Below, one piece after another: positions 1 through 10,517 of a stretch of 64,000 bases of DNA; the first letter of the stretch is position 1; each line of letters begins with the position of its first letter. The position numbers and the translations under genes were made by a program. The stretch spans positions 1 through 64,000 of the IMG/VR virus record IMGVR_UViG_3300037067_006113; one strand, 5' to 3'. Below the pieces are notes generated by a model. The model searched no databases. It had not been told where the DNA came from and was given only the letters and a program-made list of their open reading frames with translations. The stretch is from a virus (lineage: Duplodnaviria > Caudoviricetes).

Positions 1-8
1 ATGTAATA

Positions 9-476
9 TTAAGGTTGTTTTTGTGATTGATCACCAAAAAATTCAGGAGCAACACCTGGAGAAACTACTACCATTTTACTTACTAAATCACCTGGTAATT
101 TTGAGGCAAAATAATCTCTATGCCATTCACTAACTACAAATATCTTATCGACATTTGGATATCTCAATACATCATCTAGATAAAATCTATTTACCCAATT
201 AATAACCTTTTTAGCATTATATCTAGAAGGAAAGTTCTCAAATCCAACTAAAACATCTTCCTCTTGTGGAACATAATCTTGATATTTTAAATATTTTACT
301 TTTCCATAGTAATCAGGAAAGTTGCAGTTAATATACACTGATACTTCATGACCTCTTTCAGATAATGCCTTGGCGGTTTGAATTATAACTGTCTCAGCAC
401 CACCAACCCCAATATTCTTTTCTGTGTGAGGATTATAGGCTAGTTTTCCATGTCCATCATAAAATGTTATTTTCAT
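9..476 (-). CDS. Glycosyltransferase family 4, N-terminal domain only (possibly frameshifted)
   Basis: GGAET...LSERGHEV and VVSEWHR motifs of the GT-B N-terminal domain; stop falls at the interdomain linker at the window edge. Confidence 0.7.
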   Translation of the reverse strand: MKITFYDGHGKLAYNPHTEKNIGVGGAETVIIQTAKALSERGHEVSVYINCNFPDYYGKVKYLKYQDYVPQEEDVLVGFENFPSRYNAKKVINWVNRFYLDDVLRYPNVDKIFVVSEWHRDYFASKLPGDLVSKMVVVSPGVAPEFFGDQSQKQP

Positions 477-712
477 ATATTTATTGGAATAGAGAATCCA
501 ATCCTTATTTTTGCCATTTCAGGCACATTAAATCGTAAAGTATCAAACCAGAAATATAAATGATAACCATTAAGTCTGTTCAGATTTTGAGAATAGCCTA
601 AACTTAGAAAAAATAAACAATCCCATTTAGTTCTTTTAATGTTACGGAATCTAAAAAATTCTATTCTTAAACCCCATTTAAATAATCTGTAATTAAAGTG
701 TAATTTGTTCAT
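473..712 (-). CDS. Hypothetical protein
   Basis: 79-aa ORF with 4-nt overlaps with both neighbours. Confidence 0.5.
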   Translation of the reverse strand: MNKLHFNYRLFKWGLRIEFFRFRNIKRTKWDCLFFLSLGYSQNLNRLNGYHLYFWFDTLRFNVPEMAKIRIGFSIPINI

Positions 713-1377
713 ATTTTCTGTAATATAAAATATTCCTTTCCATTAGAACGTGTATCCTTAGGAATATTAATAATTTTATAATTAAAATTATATGCTAAAC
801 TTTTTATTTCGTCTAGTTTCCAGTAAGTCATATCTACAGCTGGTTCTGGTTCATAAGGTATTGTTTCATGTTTTTCTCTAATAGGAATTTGGAAAACAAA
901 ATAACCTTCAGGTTTTAGAACACGAGAAACAGATGCAAAATAATCAATTACCATATGTTCGGAGCAATGTTGCAATACAGCCACACTAAAAACTAAATCA
1001 AAAGAAGAACTTTCAATTATTGAAAACCCGCCATTTTCTTCTAATAGACACATATATTCTATATTAGTGATTTCTTTTAATCTTTCATGAGCTAAAGTTA
1101 ACATTCCAATGGATATATCTACTGCATAAAGTTTTTTTACTTGTGGCGCTAGAAATTCTGTCATTCTTCCTGCCCCGCAACCTAACTCAAGCATTACTTT
1201 GTTATTTAATTCAATACTAAATTTAGATAAATAGTCTTGTAAATGGTTAGTCCAACTGAGTCCGCTCTTTTTGAAATCAGGATCTAATTCGTACCCTTGT
1301 GCAAGATAACCGCACCAATTACTTCCTTCAGAAACTTTATTCCATTGTTCTTGTAAATCATTAAATTGTTTTACCAT
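709..1377 (-). CDS. Class I SAM-dependent methyltransferase (paralog of 2063..2728)
   Basis: LELGCGAGR motif I, AVDIS, FDLVFS, RVLKPEG. Confidence 0.9.
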   Translation of the reverse strand: MVKQFNDLQEQWNKVSEGSNWCGYLAQGYELDPDFKKSGLSWTNHLQDYLSKFSIELNNKVMLELGCGAGRMTEFLAPQVKKLYAVDISIGMLTLAHERLKEITNIEYMCLLEENGGFSIIESSSFDLVFSVAVLQHCSEHMVIDYFASVSRVLKPEGYFVFQIPIREKHETIPYEPEPAVDMTYWKLDEIKSLAYNFNYKIINIPKDTRSNGKEYFILQKI

Positions 1378-2057
1378 ATAACCTCTTTCGGTACTTCAGC
1401 AATTGTAGATTGTCCGATAAACTTTTTTAATATCTCTTCATCTGTTATTTCAGAGCGATACACTTCTCCAAACATACCACAATCATTAATCCATTTAGTT
1501 CTCAATCGTTTAATATCAAGTAAATTATAATGTACGATACCAAATATTGACCAAAACATACCTTCACCACCACCAATATAATTTTCGTTTCTATCACCAA
1601 TCCATTTAGCATATTCTTTTAAAGCCAGTCTCGGGTGATATATAAATGGGTGAAAATCTGGAGTAGTTAACATATGTTTTTCGTCATAAACCAAATTCAC
1701 ATATTTAAAATGGATATGGTGAACATTTGGAGTGGTTTCTAACGATTTTAAGAAATATTTAATATTCAAAGATAGATTTTGTGTAACAACCTCATCTGTA
1801 TCTAGAAATAGTACCCATTTGCCATTCGCCTCGCTGTTTAGGAAATTTCTAAAGTTAGCATTATTTCGATAAACCATATTTTCAACTATATACACTCTTT
1901 TCGTATATTGTCTGACTATTTCCAATGTCTTATCAGTAGAACCAGTATCTAAGTAAAGAATTTCATCAGCAAAAGGTTTTACACTTTCTAATACTTTACC
2001 TATAGTATTTTCATTATCTCTACCAAATATAACAACCGATATTAATAAGTTATCCAT
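1371..2057 (-). CDS. Glycosyltransferase family 2 (paralog of 2710..3405)
   Basis: DEILYLDTGSTD and LDTDE (DxD) motifs. Confidence 0.88.
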   Translation of the reverse strand: MDNLLISVVIFGRDNENTIGKVLESVKPFADEILYLDTGSTDKTLEIVRQYTKRVYIVENMVYRNNANFRNFLNSEANGKWVLFLDTDEVVTQNLSLNIKYFLKSLETTPNVHHIHFKYVNLVYDEKHMLTTPDFHPFIYHPRLALKEYAKWIGDRNENYIGGGEGMFWSIFGIVHYNLLDIKRLRTKWINDCGMFGEVYRSEITDEEILKKFIGQSTIAEVPKEVIW

Positions 2058-2062
2058 TTTAT

Positions 2063-2728
2063 TTATACTTTCTTAAATAAGAAAAACTGATCGTTCATAT
2101 CCTTTGGAAAATGAACTATCTCAAAACGATTCTTTTCCGCTAAATCTCTTATTTCATCCAATGTCCAGTAAACCATATCAACAGCAGGTGCATCATTACA
2201 TGGAGCACATTTATGAACTTCGGATGATGGAATTTGGAAAAAGTAATACCCACCATTTTTTAATATTCTTCTACCATCTTGGAATAATCTTTCTACCATA
2301 TCTTCTGGTGTATGTTGAAATACTAAAAAACTAATAATTAAATCCACACTTAAATCACTAATTACTGAATAATCACGAATAATACAAAGAGGCTCAATAT
2401 TTTTCTTATCTCCTAATCTTTGGCGTAATCTTTTAAGCATTTCGGCTGAAATATCAACAGCTTGAACATGTTTAGCGTCTTGAGCAATAAATTCCGTCAT
2501 TCTACCAGCACCACAGCCAAGTTCTACTACTACTTTATCTTTCCAATCAACATTATAAATATTTAGAAATTCTTTTATCCACTTAGTATTACTTTCACCT
2601 GATAATCTAAATGCTTCTTCTTCATTAAATCCTTGAGCAATATAATCTCTAAAATACTCGGTTTGTGCCGCTATATCCCAATCTTCTTTTAGTTTTCTAA
2701 AATCTTTTGTTAGGAATTGGTTAACCAT
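2063..2728 (-). CDS. Class I SAM-dependent methyltransferase
   Basis: VELGCGAGR, AVDIS, RILKNGG. Confidence 0.9.
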   Translation of the reverse strand: MVNQFLTKDFRKLKEDWDIAAQTEYFRDYIAQGFNEEEAFRLSGESNTKWIKEFLNIYNVDWKDKVVVELGCGAGRMTEFIAQDAKHVQAVDISAEMLKRLRQRLGDKKNIEPLCIIRDYSVISDLSVDLIISFLVFQHTPEDMVERLFQDGRRILKNGGYYFFQIPSSEVHKCAPCNDAPAVDMVYWTLDEIRDLAEKNRFEIVHFPKDMNDQFFLFKKV

Positions 2729-3405
2729 GTTACACCTTTTGGTAAATCAAATACTGGTGCATTATGAGCATAAAGATCAGCTAATTCTTTATCTGGTAGG
2801 TCTTTAGCCCATTGGCGACCCTCTTTAAGGTTTCTTAACCTATCAATCATTAATAAATTGAAATGAATTAAACCAAATATATCCCAGAACATTCCTTCAC
2901 CTTGACCTTTAAATTGTTCGTGTGGTGTTCCAACCCATTCAGCAGTTGTACGTTTATATAATCTCGGATGATATAAAAATGGGTGGAATTCAGAATCACT
3001 AATAAAATGTTTCTCGTCATATATTAATTCTGCCCATTTAAAATAAACAAAGTTAATTGGTCTGTATATATATTTCAAGAAATATAAGAATCCTTTAATC
3101 TTCTGTGCTAATTCATCGGTAACAACTTCATCTGTATCAACTGCTAATATCCACTCCATTTCAGATTTACCAATTAGGAAATTCCTGCAATAGGAATAAT
3201 CTATAGGTGATACTTCTTGAATAAATATTTTATCAGTATATTTTCTTACTATTTCTACAGTACTATCGGTAGATCCAGTATCTAAATATACTATTTCATT
3301 GGCAAATGGTTGAACACTTTTAAGTGCTTTCTCAATGCAATCTTCATTGTTTTTACCAAATATATTTACTGATATTCCTATGTCATTAAATACTGTGTCT
3401 TTCAT
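2710..3405 (-). CDS. Glycosyltransferase family 2
   Basis: EIVYLDTGSTD and VDTDE motifs. Confidence 0.88.
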   Translation of the reverse strand: MKDTVFNDIGISVNIFGKNNEDCIEKALKSVQPFANEIVYLDTGSTDSTVEIVRKYTDKIFIQEVSPIDYSYCRNFLIGKSEMEWILAVDTDEVVTDELAQKIKGFLYFLKYIYRPINFVYFKWAELIYDEKHFISDSEFHPFLYHPRLYKRTTAEWVGTPHEQFKGQGEGMFWDIFGLIHFNLLMIDRLRNLKEGRQWAKDLPDKELADLYAHNAPVFDLPKGVTWLTNS

Positions 3406-4328
3406 ATTTCTTTCATTGCTAAATTAAATGCTTTATTCCAACCGTCTCTTGATAACTTTGGACTCCAAAACTTCTTAATTGTATTTTGTGCATTTTTACC
3501 AATTTCGTAACATCTGTCCTTATCTTCAAGTAGTTCTTTGGTTTTCTTGACCATTTCCTGTAGATTCCAAGCATATATTATATTATTTTCTTCTTCATTG
3601 AAATACTCTTTATAGACATTAAACCCAGTTCGAAGTGCAACTACTGGCATTCCCACACCCATTGCTTCTAAAGGACTTCTATCAAGTTTCCAAGCACAAT
3701 TAAAATATACTTGGTGATCTTGTAATATTTTAACCATATCCTCCTCAGTATTAATAGATTTAGCATTTGGAAAGTCATTATCGTCTTTTGCTATTACCTG
3801 AATTGGAAGTTGATAATACGCGTCTTTCAATATATGAAATCCTTTCAATTCTGGACCCCAACCACTAATGGCTCGCGTAGCAATAGTTATACCCATTTTC
3901 TTTGTTGGGTTATATCCTTTGAATATTTCGGTATCTATTGGGTGTGGTCTAACTATCGGTGTTCCAGCACTCCACATATCCGCTTCTTCGTCACTCCAGT
4001 AACAAACAGGTGTATCTTTTATAAGATTTGCTAATTCTTTTGGTTTATCCCATTGTTGTGGTACTTGGTCAATATGTAATACGCACGGTTTTCCATGTTC
4101 CCATACTGCATTTAATCTTTCATAAGTAACCGCATACCCAACGTCAATAATATCCCAAGGAATTTCAGGCCAAGGAGTAATCTTTACATTATCAGGAAAT
4201 TGTCTAGTAGGTTTAAAATTATTGTCAACAACATAAAAAGTGTGTTCGGGAAGAGTCTTATACATATAATATTCGCAAAAGTCGTGGTAGCGTTCCATAA
4301 CAATATTTAGTGGTTTTTGATTTTTCAT
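3402..4328 (-). CDS. Glycosyltransferase, GT-B/family 4-like
   Basis: SPLEAMGVGMPVV motif and C-terminal IGKNAQNTI..F helix. Confidence 0.8.
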   Translation of the reverse strand: MKNQKPLNIVMERYHDFCEYYMYKTLPEHTFYVVDNNFKPTRQFPDNVKITPWPEIPWDIIDVGYAVTYERLNAVWEHGKPCVLHIDQVPQQWDKPKELANLIKDTPVCYWSDEEADMWSAGTPIVRPHPIDTEIFKGYNPTKKMGITIATRAISGWGPELKGFHILKDAYYQLPIQVIAKDDNDFPNAKSINTEEDMVKILQDHQVYFNCAWKLDRSPLEAMGVGMPVVALRTGFNVYKEYFNEEENNIIYAWNLQEMVKKTKELLEDKDRCYEIGKNAQNTIKKFWSPKLSRDGWNKAFNLAMKEI

Positions 4329-4945
4329 AATTCTATTTTAATAATTGTATAAGGTTTAGTAACATTATCATCTACACCCCATTGGTCAGATCCATATGCT
4401 TTTATTCCTTCTATGTCCCCAAATACTTTTGAAACAGCTTGATAAAGAGTATAAAAATCGAAATGAACCTTATGCCATTTATTATTATCAGTGTGTTTAA
4501 TATCGTTTGGTGTACTAATATAAATAATTCCATGTTCGTTAATTACCTCTTTTATATTTTTCAAAAGGATTTCAGGATTGCTTACATGCTCAATTGTTTC
4601 AAAACATGTGATTACGTCAAACTTTTCATGTTTGTGATTACTAAGAGGTTTATCTTCTTCTAAGTCTCTGATCTCTAAACAACTGTCACATTTATATGGA
4701 TATGTTTTTGCTTCATTTATTGCTTCTTCGCTGTAGTCATACCCAGATACGCTTTTAGCTAAATAAGACATTAGATACATACCATAACCAGTTCCACATG
4801 CTATATCTAATACATCTTTTCCAACTACACTATCCATCGCCATTATATATCTAATCAAATGCTCTCTAATAACAACAACTGGAACTAATGGATCATTCGC
4901 AAACCTAACTCTCTCTATAGCTTCATCTTTTTCTTCGTCTATCAT
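4325..4945 (-). CDS. Class I SAM-dependent methyltransferase
   Basis: EHLIRY, VLDIACGTGYG, FDVITCFETIEH, ISTPN. Confidence 0.9.
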   Translation of the reverse strand: MIDEEKDEAIERVRFANDPLVPVVVIREHLIRYIMAMDSVVGKDVLDIACGTGYGMYLMSYLAKSVSGYDYSEEAINEAKTYPYKCDSCLEIRDLEEDKPLSNHKHEKFDVITCFETIEHVSNPEILLKNIKEVINEHGIIYISTPNDIKHTDNNKWHKVHFDFYTLYQAVSKVFGDIEGIKAYGSDQWGVDDNVTKPYTIIKIEL

Positions 4946-7254
4946 AATGGTTTGAATGCCTCCACACCTAAACTATTTGGGTGCATTGGTGTTGGTTTTA
5001 TCAACTGCACTCTAACAAAATTAACTCTAGACAACATAACGTCTATAGATTGAAAATCATATCCCCATTTGAACATATCTAATTCGGCATCAGATTGACC
5101 GTATACTTCTTTTAACAGTTCTTCTTCTCGTGTTGAAATGATATTTCTAAAAACTTTATTTAAGTCTGGAACATAAAGTTCTAATCTACCACCTGGTTTT
5201 AAACACCTAAACCATTCTTTTAAGGCAACTTCAGCTTCAGACTTAGAAAGACAAGTAATCATATATGAACTACATATATCTGTTAAGGTATTATTTGGAA
5301 ATGGTAAAATTCGAGCATCATTGTTATATCTAATATGGCTTAACCTTTTTAGGTCAACTTGTGAATAATCTTCATGTAATGGTCTTTCACCACCGCCAAT
5401 TTCTATTTTCTCTTCATGATTTATTCCTGTTAAATCTGGTGTCATATCTATTTTTGGTAAACTATTTATTCTACTTATATGCCACTTGGCATCAAATCTT
5501 TTTTTATTTTCTTCAGTAACCTTATTAAACTTATTCTCATCCTCTTTCTTTAATAGAATTTGTGACATACCCTCAAAGTGAATAAGTTTTGCTTCGTGAT
5601 TTATTACTACTTTAAACCCTTTTTCTCTAATACTCAAGCACAAGTCGATATCTTCATAATACCCTCTAATATATTCTTCATCAAATCCAGCAAGTTCCTT
5701 TCTTATCAACATACATGCGCCAGTAACAGATTCGACTTCTTCTATACCTCTACGTGGTACTTTTTCATGGTGTTGGAAACGTCCAATATGTTCTAATTGA
5801 CCACTTTTAAATGTTACTCCTGCATGTTGTATTTTCCATATTCCGTTTTCGTCTTTATTAAAATATAATCGCGCTCCTACAATACCAACTTCAGGTTTAT
5901 TTTCTAATACATCTACCATTCTTTCAAGCCAACCCCATTGTGGAATTGTGTCATTATTTAAATGGCAAATATATTCTTTAGTCGCTATTTTTAATCCCTG
6001 ATTATTTCCAGTAGCGAAACCCATATTTTTCTCATTATGAATCGCCTTAATATTTGGATATTTACCTTGTAATTCTTGAATAACATTCCATGTATCATCT
6101 TTTGAAGCGTTATCTATTAAGATTAATTCAAATCCTTCAGGAGTAACTTCATATAATCTATTAACACAATCTTTGGTAAACTGTGAATTGTTCCAACATA
6201 CCATAATTATCGATACTTTATCGGTCTTAGTTACAATTGAGTAAAATTTCTTTCTCATAATATCTTCGTCGAATTCTTTACTTCTTTCAATAGCGGCTTT
6301 AGACTTTTGTTCTAGTATCTGTGGATTATTAATTAAATATAATGTTCTATTTTTTAGTTCTTCAGTATTATTTATCAGATAACCATTAATACTATCGTAT
6401 ATAATTTCGGGTTGACCACCAGTATTTAATACAACTGGAACACAACCAGAAGCCATAGATTCAACCGTAGTCATACCAAAATGTTCTTGAGCACCTATCT
6501 CATTAGGTAAACTAATACCAGTTATATGCCAATAAATACTTGATTGACCATATAACTCCTTAAGTTCTTGAAATGAAACCCCAGTATGGAAAACTATTGG
6601 ATATCCCGTTGCCATTCTATATAATTCTTCGTAGTATGATTGATCTTGTATTTGACCAACAATGTGGAATGTCCAATCTTTCACACCACTATCAACCATT
6701 TCCTTAAATGCAGTAATCATTTGCCTATGACCTTTATCAGCTTCTGGTACTGGTGGTGTAATTCTACTTACATGAATAATACTTTTGGTTTTTTGTAATG
6801 GTGTAAACTGTGAAGTCATAATAGGTGGATATACCACATCAATAAGTTCCTCTGGTCGTTGCCATTTACTAATAATATTCTTTTTTGTATATTGAGAATT
6901 AGCTAAGAACCTATAATCGTATAGTGGAAAGTAAAATTGAGGAAAGAAAACTAACATATACTTTTTAAGTGCATTAGTTTCTTCTGCTCTCCAATGTGAT
7001 ATATTTAAGAACAAATAATCGTACTTGTTACCACAACCTTTCGCGTATGGCAAAAATGTTAATCCTTCGGTATCTAAATGAAGAAAAGTTTGCATCCATT
7101 CTTTTGATTTTGGATTTCCTGGTACATTTACCTCAACATCATAATATCTTTTTAAGTACTCAATAAATTTAAAGGAATGTACCGTACCACCACCTAGTAG
7201 ATCGTAATGATCGTTGAGTACACCACACTTTATTCTTTTAAAAAAATCATTCAT
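4942..7254 (-). CDS. Trifunctional GT4-GT2-methyltransferase fusion protein
   Basis: EHFGMTTVESMASG (GT4); IDNASKD, LNNDT, TGACML, YYEDIDLC (GT2); C-terminal EIGGG...CLKPGGRL (methyltransferase). Confidence 0.9.
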   Translation of the reverse strand: MNDFFKRIKCGVLNDHYDLLGGGTVHSFKFIEYLKRYYDVEVNVPGNPKSKEWMQTFLHLDTEGLTFLPYAKGCGNKYDYLFLNISHWRAEETNALKKYMLVFFPQFYFPLYDYRFLANSQYTKKNIISKWQRPEELIDVVYPPIMTSQFTPLQKTKSIIHVSRITPPVPEADKGHRQMITAFKEMVDSGVKDWTFHIVGQIQDQSYYEELYRMATGYPIVFHTGVSFQELKELYGQSSIYWHITGISLPNEIGAQEHFGMTTVESMASGCVPVVLNTGGQPEIIYDSINGYLINNTEELKNRTLYLINNPQILEQKSKAAIERSKEFDEDIMRKKFYSIVTKTDKVSIIMVCWNNSQFTKDCVNRLYEVTPEGFELILIDNASKDDTWNVIQELQGKYPNIKAIHNEKNMGFATGNNQGLKIATKEYICHLNNDTIPQWGWLERMVDVLENKPEVGIVGARLYFNKDENGIWKIQHAGVTFKSGQLEHIGRFQHHEKVPRRGIEEVESVTGACMLIRKELAGFDEEYIRGYYEDIDLCLSIREKGFKVVINHEAKLIHFEGMSQILLKKEDENKFNKVTEENKKRFDAKWHISRINSLPKIDMTPDLTGINHEEKIEIGGGERPLHEDYSQVDLKRLSHIRYNNDARILPFPNNTLTDICSSYMITCLSKSEAEVALKEWFRCLKPGGRLELYVPDLNKVFRNIISTREEELLKEVYGQSDAELDMFKWGYDFQSIDVMLSRVNFVRVQLIKPTPMHPNSLGVEAFKPL

Positions 7255-7264
7255 ATTATTATGA

Positions 7265-7450
7265 TTATAACTTATCGTTCAAAGATTTAAGAAGTGCTTT
7301 TTGGCATCTCTTTGACGGATTAACTTTATCAGTTTCTATCAAAGAAATATATGTTTGAGTATAACTAGAAAGTTCAGCCAATTTTTGTTGACTTAAATCT
7401 TTCTGTGTTCTTAACTCATATAAGTATTTTCCAAAGTTTTTATCTTCCAT
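7265..7450 (-). CDS. Cro/CI-type (HTH_3) transcriptional regulator
   Basis: LSQQKLAE...QTYISLIE...PS pattern. Confidence 0.85.
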   Translation of the reverse strand: MEDKNFGKYLYELRTQKDLSQQKLAELSSYTQTYISLIETDKVNPSKRCQKALLKSLNDKL

Positions 7451-7454
7451 ATTT

Positions 7455-8000
7455 TTATATCCAATTAACGTCTTTAGCTACATTCTTATCAGTTCTCAAT
7501 TGAGCTTCTGCTTCTTTAGTTGGTGTAGACGAACCACCACTATCTCTATCATTAACTAATTTTCTAATTTGTTCACCTATAGGTTTTGGTTTAAGTAGTA
7601 TTGGAGTATCTTTCATTGATTCGTTAGCTTCAGCAATAACTTTTTCAACTTGTGGTGGTACCGTACCTGGTTGTCTATTTGTCGGCACTGCGAGTCTAGC
7701 AACTGTTCCTGGAGCATTTACTCTAGATTGATAACCACAATTCGGACAATTATATGAGGAATTATCAGGATTGAAAAACATTCTTTCTTCACAATCTGGA
7801 CAAAACTGTTCTGGATAAAGTACTCGTTGAACTAATTGGAATATCTGCTTCTTTAACTCAACCTCATCTTTGTAATATAAATCAACAACTCTATCAATTT
7901 TCTCTTTTAAAGTTAAAATTGGTTTTTCAGCTATTTTTGGTTCTTCTATTTCTTGAAATTTAACCGTTCCTTTTATATTAGTTGTTTTATCTTCTTTCAT
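7455..8000 (-). CDS. Zinc-ribbon hypothetical protein
   Basis: CPDC...CPNC. Confidence 0.65.
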   Translation of the reverse strand: MKEDKTTNIKGTVKFQEIEEPKIAEKPILTLKEKIDRVVDLYYKDEVELKKQIFQLVQRVLYPEQFCPDCEERMFFNPDNSSYNCPNCGYQSRVNAPGTVARLAVPTNRQPGTVPPQVEKVIAEANESMKDTPILLKPKPIGEQIRKLVNDRDSGGSSTPTKEAEAQLRTDKNVAKDVNWI

Positions 8001-8029
8001 AAACTTTTCCTTATTTATTAATTATTATA

Positions 8030-8356
8030 TCACCCAATTGGTAAATGTGCATCTGGATCATCAATTGCATCTACCATACGGTGAAAGAACGCGTCATAAT
8101 CCTTTTCACTTTTCTCTTTGGCTCGTTCCTCACGATCCTTTTTATCACTTGGAACCTTTTTAGTAATAGAAACTACAGTACCAGTAAATTGACCTGGATC
8201 GAGTTTTATATTATCTGGAAGTATAGATTTACGGAATTCTGGTGAATTATATTTAATAGCCACCTCATCAACAATAGCAAAAAACTTGCCATTAATAAAT
8301 AACTGAACAGGTGTTTTAATTGTCATATCCATATTAGTTAACTCTAAATCCACCAA
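8030..8356 (-). CDS. Hypothetical protein
   Basis: 108-aa ORF in the operon direction. Confidence 0.55.
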   Translation of the reverse strand: MVDLELTNMDMTIKTPVQLFINGKFFAIVDEVAIKYNSPEFRKSILPDNIKLDPGQFTGTVVSITKKVPSDKKDREERAKEKSEKDYDAFFHRMVDAIDDPDAHLPIG

Positions 8357-8525
8357 TTACTTTAGTTTTCTTTCCATATCCATGAGCGGCCTGACCTTGT
8401 TCATTGGCTTTACCTCTGGCTCGTTCTCTACCTTCTTTATCTCCACACTTATATCTATATTTCTTACCATGACCACCCCAGCGACAATAGCAGCCTTCTA
8501 CATCTGACGAACATCGTGTTGGCAT
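8334..8525 (-). CDS. Small basic Cys-containing phage protein (start MPTRC)
   Basis: AAGGAG RBS before the ATG at 8525; MPTRC...CRWG..GKKY. Confidence 0.6.
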   Translation of the reverse strand: MPTRCSSDVEGCYCRWGGHGKKYRYKCGDKEGRERARGKANEQGQAAHGYGKKTKVIGGFRVN

Positions 8526-8548
8526 ATTTATTTCTCCTTTAGAAATTT

Positions 8549-8728
8549 CTAAACTATTTTCTTTAAGTGGATAAATTGAATTGGTGAATACCAATCCTCT
8601 CCAAGTTTAACTATAGCACCATTTTCTACAATAGTCGTGATTTCTCCAGTTAAACCAACTTTATCTACTGGACCTTTAATAACTAACACCTTATCGCCTT
8701 TTTGTAAATCAGACTTTTTTAGTTTCAT
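8549..8728 (-). CDS. 59-aa KOW/SH3-like protein (not in the ORF track)
   Basis: MKLKKSDLQKGDKVLVIKGP...GEI translated by hand; fills the gap between two ORFs. Confidence 0.6.
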   Translation of the reverse strand: MKLKKSDLQKGDKVLVIKGPVDKVGLTGEITTIVENGAIVKLGEDWYSPIQFIHLKKIV

Positions 8729-9196
8729 ATGTTAATTCTAGTTCCATATCATCGGAAGCTTCTATACCATTTAATTTAATCCATATTTCTTTATGTGTCA
8801 TGTAATACAATATCATTTCCATTGGTGTCTTAAATTCTTTTTTAGTAAATTTCTCTATTTGATTAACTACAAGTGGAATTTGTCTAGTTAATAAACTAAG
8901 TACTTCAGACATTTCTCCAAATACAACTCTTCTATCTTCTCCAGTATCTGGATCTTCATATATAAATACTGCTTTTTTAATATGTTGTTTATTTACTTTC
9001 ATTTTGATAAATTTTCCAAGAAATCAAGTATTTCATTTGTTTCACTTGGTATATTATTTACAATCATTCCATAACCACTTGTTGGATAATTGTCTTTAAT
9101 CCAATTACCATCACAGTTTTTGTAATATTGTTTCAAAAAATCCTTTATTTTCTTTTTATCTAAAAAATTCATAGTTACTTTTTTCCTAATGCCCAC
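8709..9196 (-). other. Two hypothetical ORFs (8709..9002, 8999..9196)
   Basis: Overlapping start/stop coupling. Confidence 0.55.
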
Positions 9197-9912
9197 CTAG
9201 ACATATATAAAGTAAAATTTGCACCTTCTGAAATATATCTACCGTCAGTTCTTGATTCATAGTGGTATACAAGAGCTTTCGGCTCATAATAAATATTCAT
9301 ACCTTTTTGTCTTACTTTTTGGGCTAAGTCCATATCTTCCCATCCACAAAAATAAGATTCATCGAATCCACCTATTTCCTCATATAAGGTTTTTGGAATT
9401 AAAAGACAGGCTCCTGTAACGGCAAATATAGGTTTCCTAATATTAGCAGGAGGGTAATCCATAGGTTTATTGAAATAAACATGGTCTGGCATTCCATTAG
9501 CATGTTCTATAACTCCCGCGTGTTGTATGGTTCCTTTACCTGGATGAATTAGCCTTGCGCCGACAATACCAACTGCCTTTTCTTCACTAAAGACATTCAT
9601 CATAGCAGATAACCAACCTTTAGTAACAATAACGTCATTATTTAGGAATAGTAGAAAATTTCCTTTGGCAACTTTAACTCCTTGATTATTGGCAATAGCA
9701 AATCCATTATTCTTCTCGTTTCGGATATATTGACCATTCATCTTATATTTAGAAGTAGTAATAAATTCTTTAGTACCGTCAGACGAAGCATTATCTACAA
9801 TAATAAGTTCAAAAGGCCAATCATCAGTATTTAACTCAACAGAGTCCATCATTTGCCTAGTGAACTCGAGTTTGTTATAAACTGGAGTTATTATTGATAC
9901 TAAGTCTTTCAT
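9175..9912 (-). CDS. Glycosyltransferase family 2
   Basis: VDNASSD, GFAIANNQG, LNNDV, TGACLL, WEDMDL. Confidence 0.92.
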   Translation of the reverse strand: MKDLVSIITPVYNKLEFTRQMMDSVELNTDDWPFELIIVDNASSDGTKEFITTSKYKMNGQYIRNEKNNGFAIANNQGVKVAKGNFLLFLNNDVIVTKGWLSAMMNVFSEEKAVGIVGARLIHPGKGTIQHAGVIEHANGMPDHVYFNKPMDYPPANIRKPIFAVTGACLLIPKTLYEEIGGFDESYFCGWEDMDLAQKVRQKGMNIYYEPKALVYHYESRTDGRYISEGANFTLYMSRWALGKK

Positions 9913-10367
9913 TCAATGATTTCTCCTTCTACTGCCTCTTGTTGCGATTTATCACCACTTGGAAGCATAAACCCACGTTTCTCCATAAATTCAAAGTAAG
10001 TTTGACCGTCTTGTGTAGCCATATAAGGTAAGAATATCTCTTCCATTTTTACCATTTCTGTATCTAACATAGCCATTTGAGCGGCAATCCAATCATGAAT
10101 ATTCTTCCAACCAGTTCTATATGGTTGTAATTCGTCTTTATATCGTACTCCATCATTCTTAAATACCTGTTTAATCTTCTCAATTCTTACTGGTAATTTA
10201 ATTGGTAATAAACCATTTGGAGTTTGAACAGTAAACATAATACCAGTTGCTAATCCGCTTTCATAATCAAACATAATTTGTTTAGCACCATGAGATACTA
10301 GCATTTTTTGAATGTTGTCAAATATCCTATAGATTTGCATACTTGACGTATAATTTTTTAATGGCAT
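9909..10367 (-). CDS. Phage hypothetical protein (start MPLKNY)
   Basis: MPLKNYTS...RTGWKNIHDW...EEIFLPY; resembles a widespread phage family from memory. Confidence 0.7.
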   Translation of the reverse strand: MPLKNYTSSMQIYRIFDNIQKMLVSHGAKQIMFDYESGLATGIMFTVQTPNGLLPIKLPVRIEKIKQVFKNDGVRYKDELQPYRTGWKNIHDWIAAQMAMLDTEMVKMEEIFLPYMATQDGQTYFEFMEKRGFMLPSGDKSQQEAVEGEIIE

Positions 10368-10517
10368 ATTATGTTGTCGTATACTCAAAAATAATAATAT
10401 CACCCTTGTTATTCATAATATGAGTTCCATTATCTTCATGAGTAACTAAATACCTATCTTTTGATAACTTTGTTGTGATAACTAATCGTTTATTTTTATC
10501 CATACACAATCCTTCTG

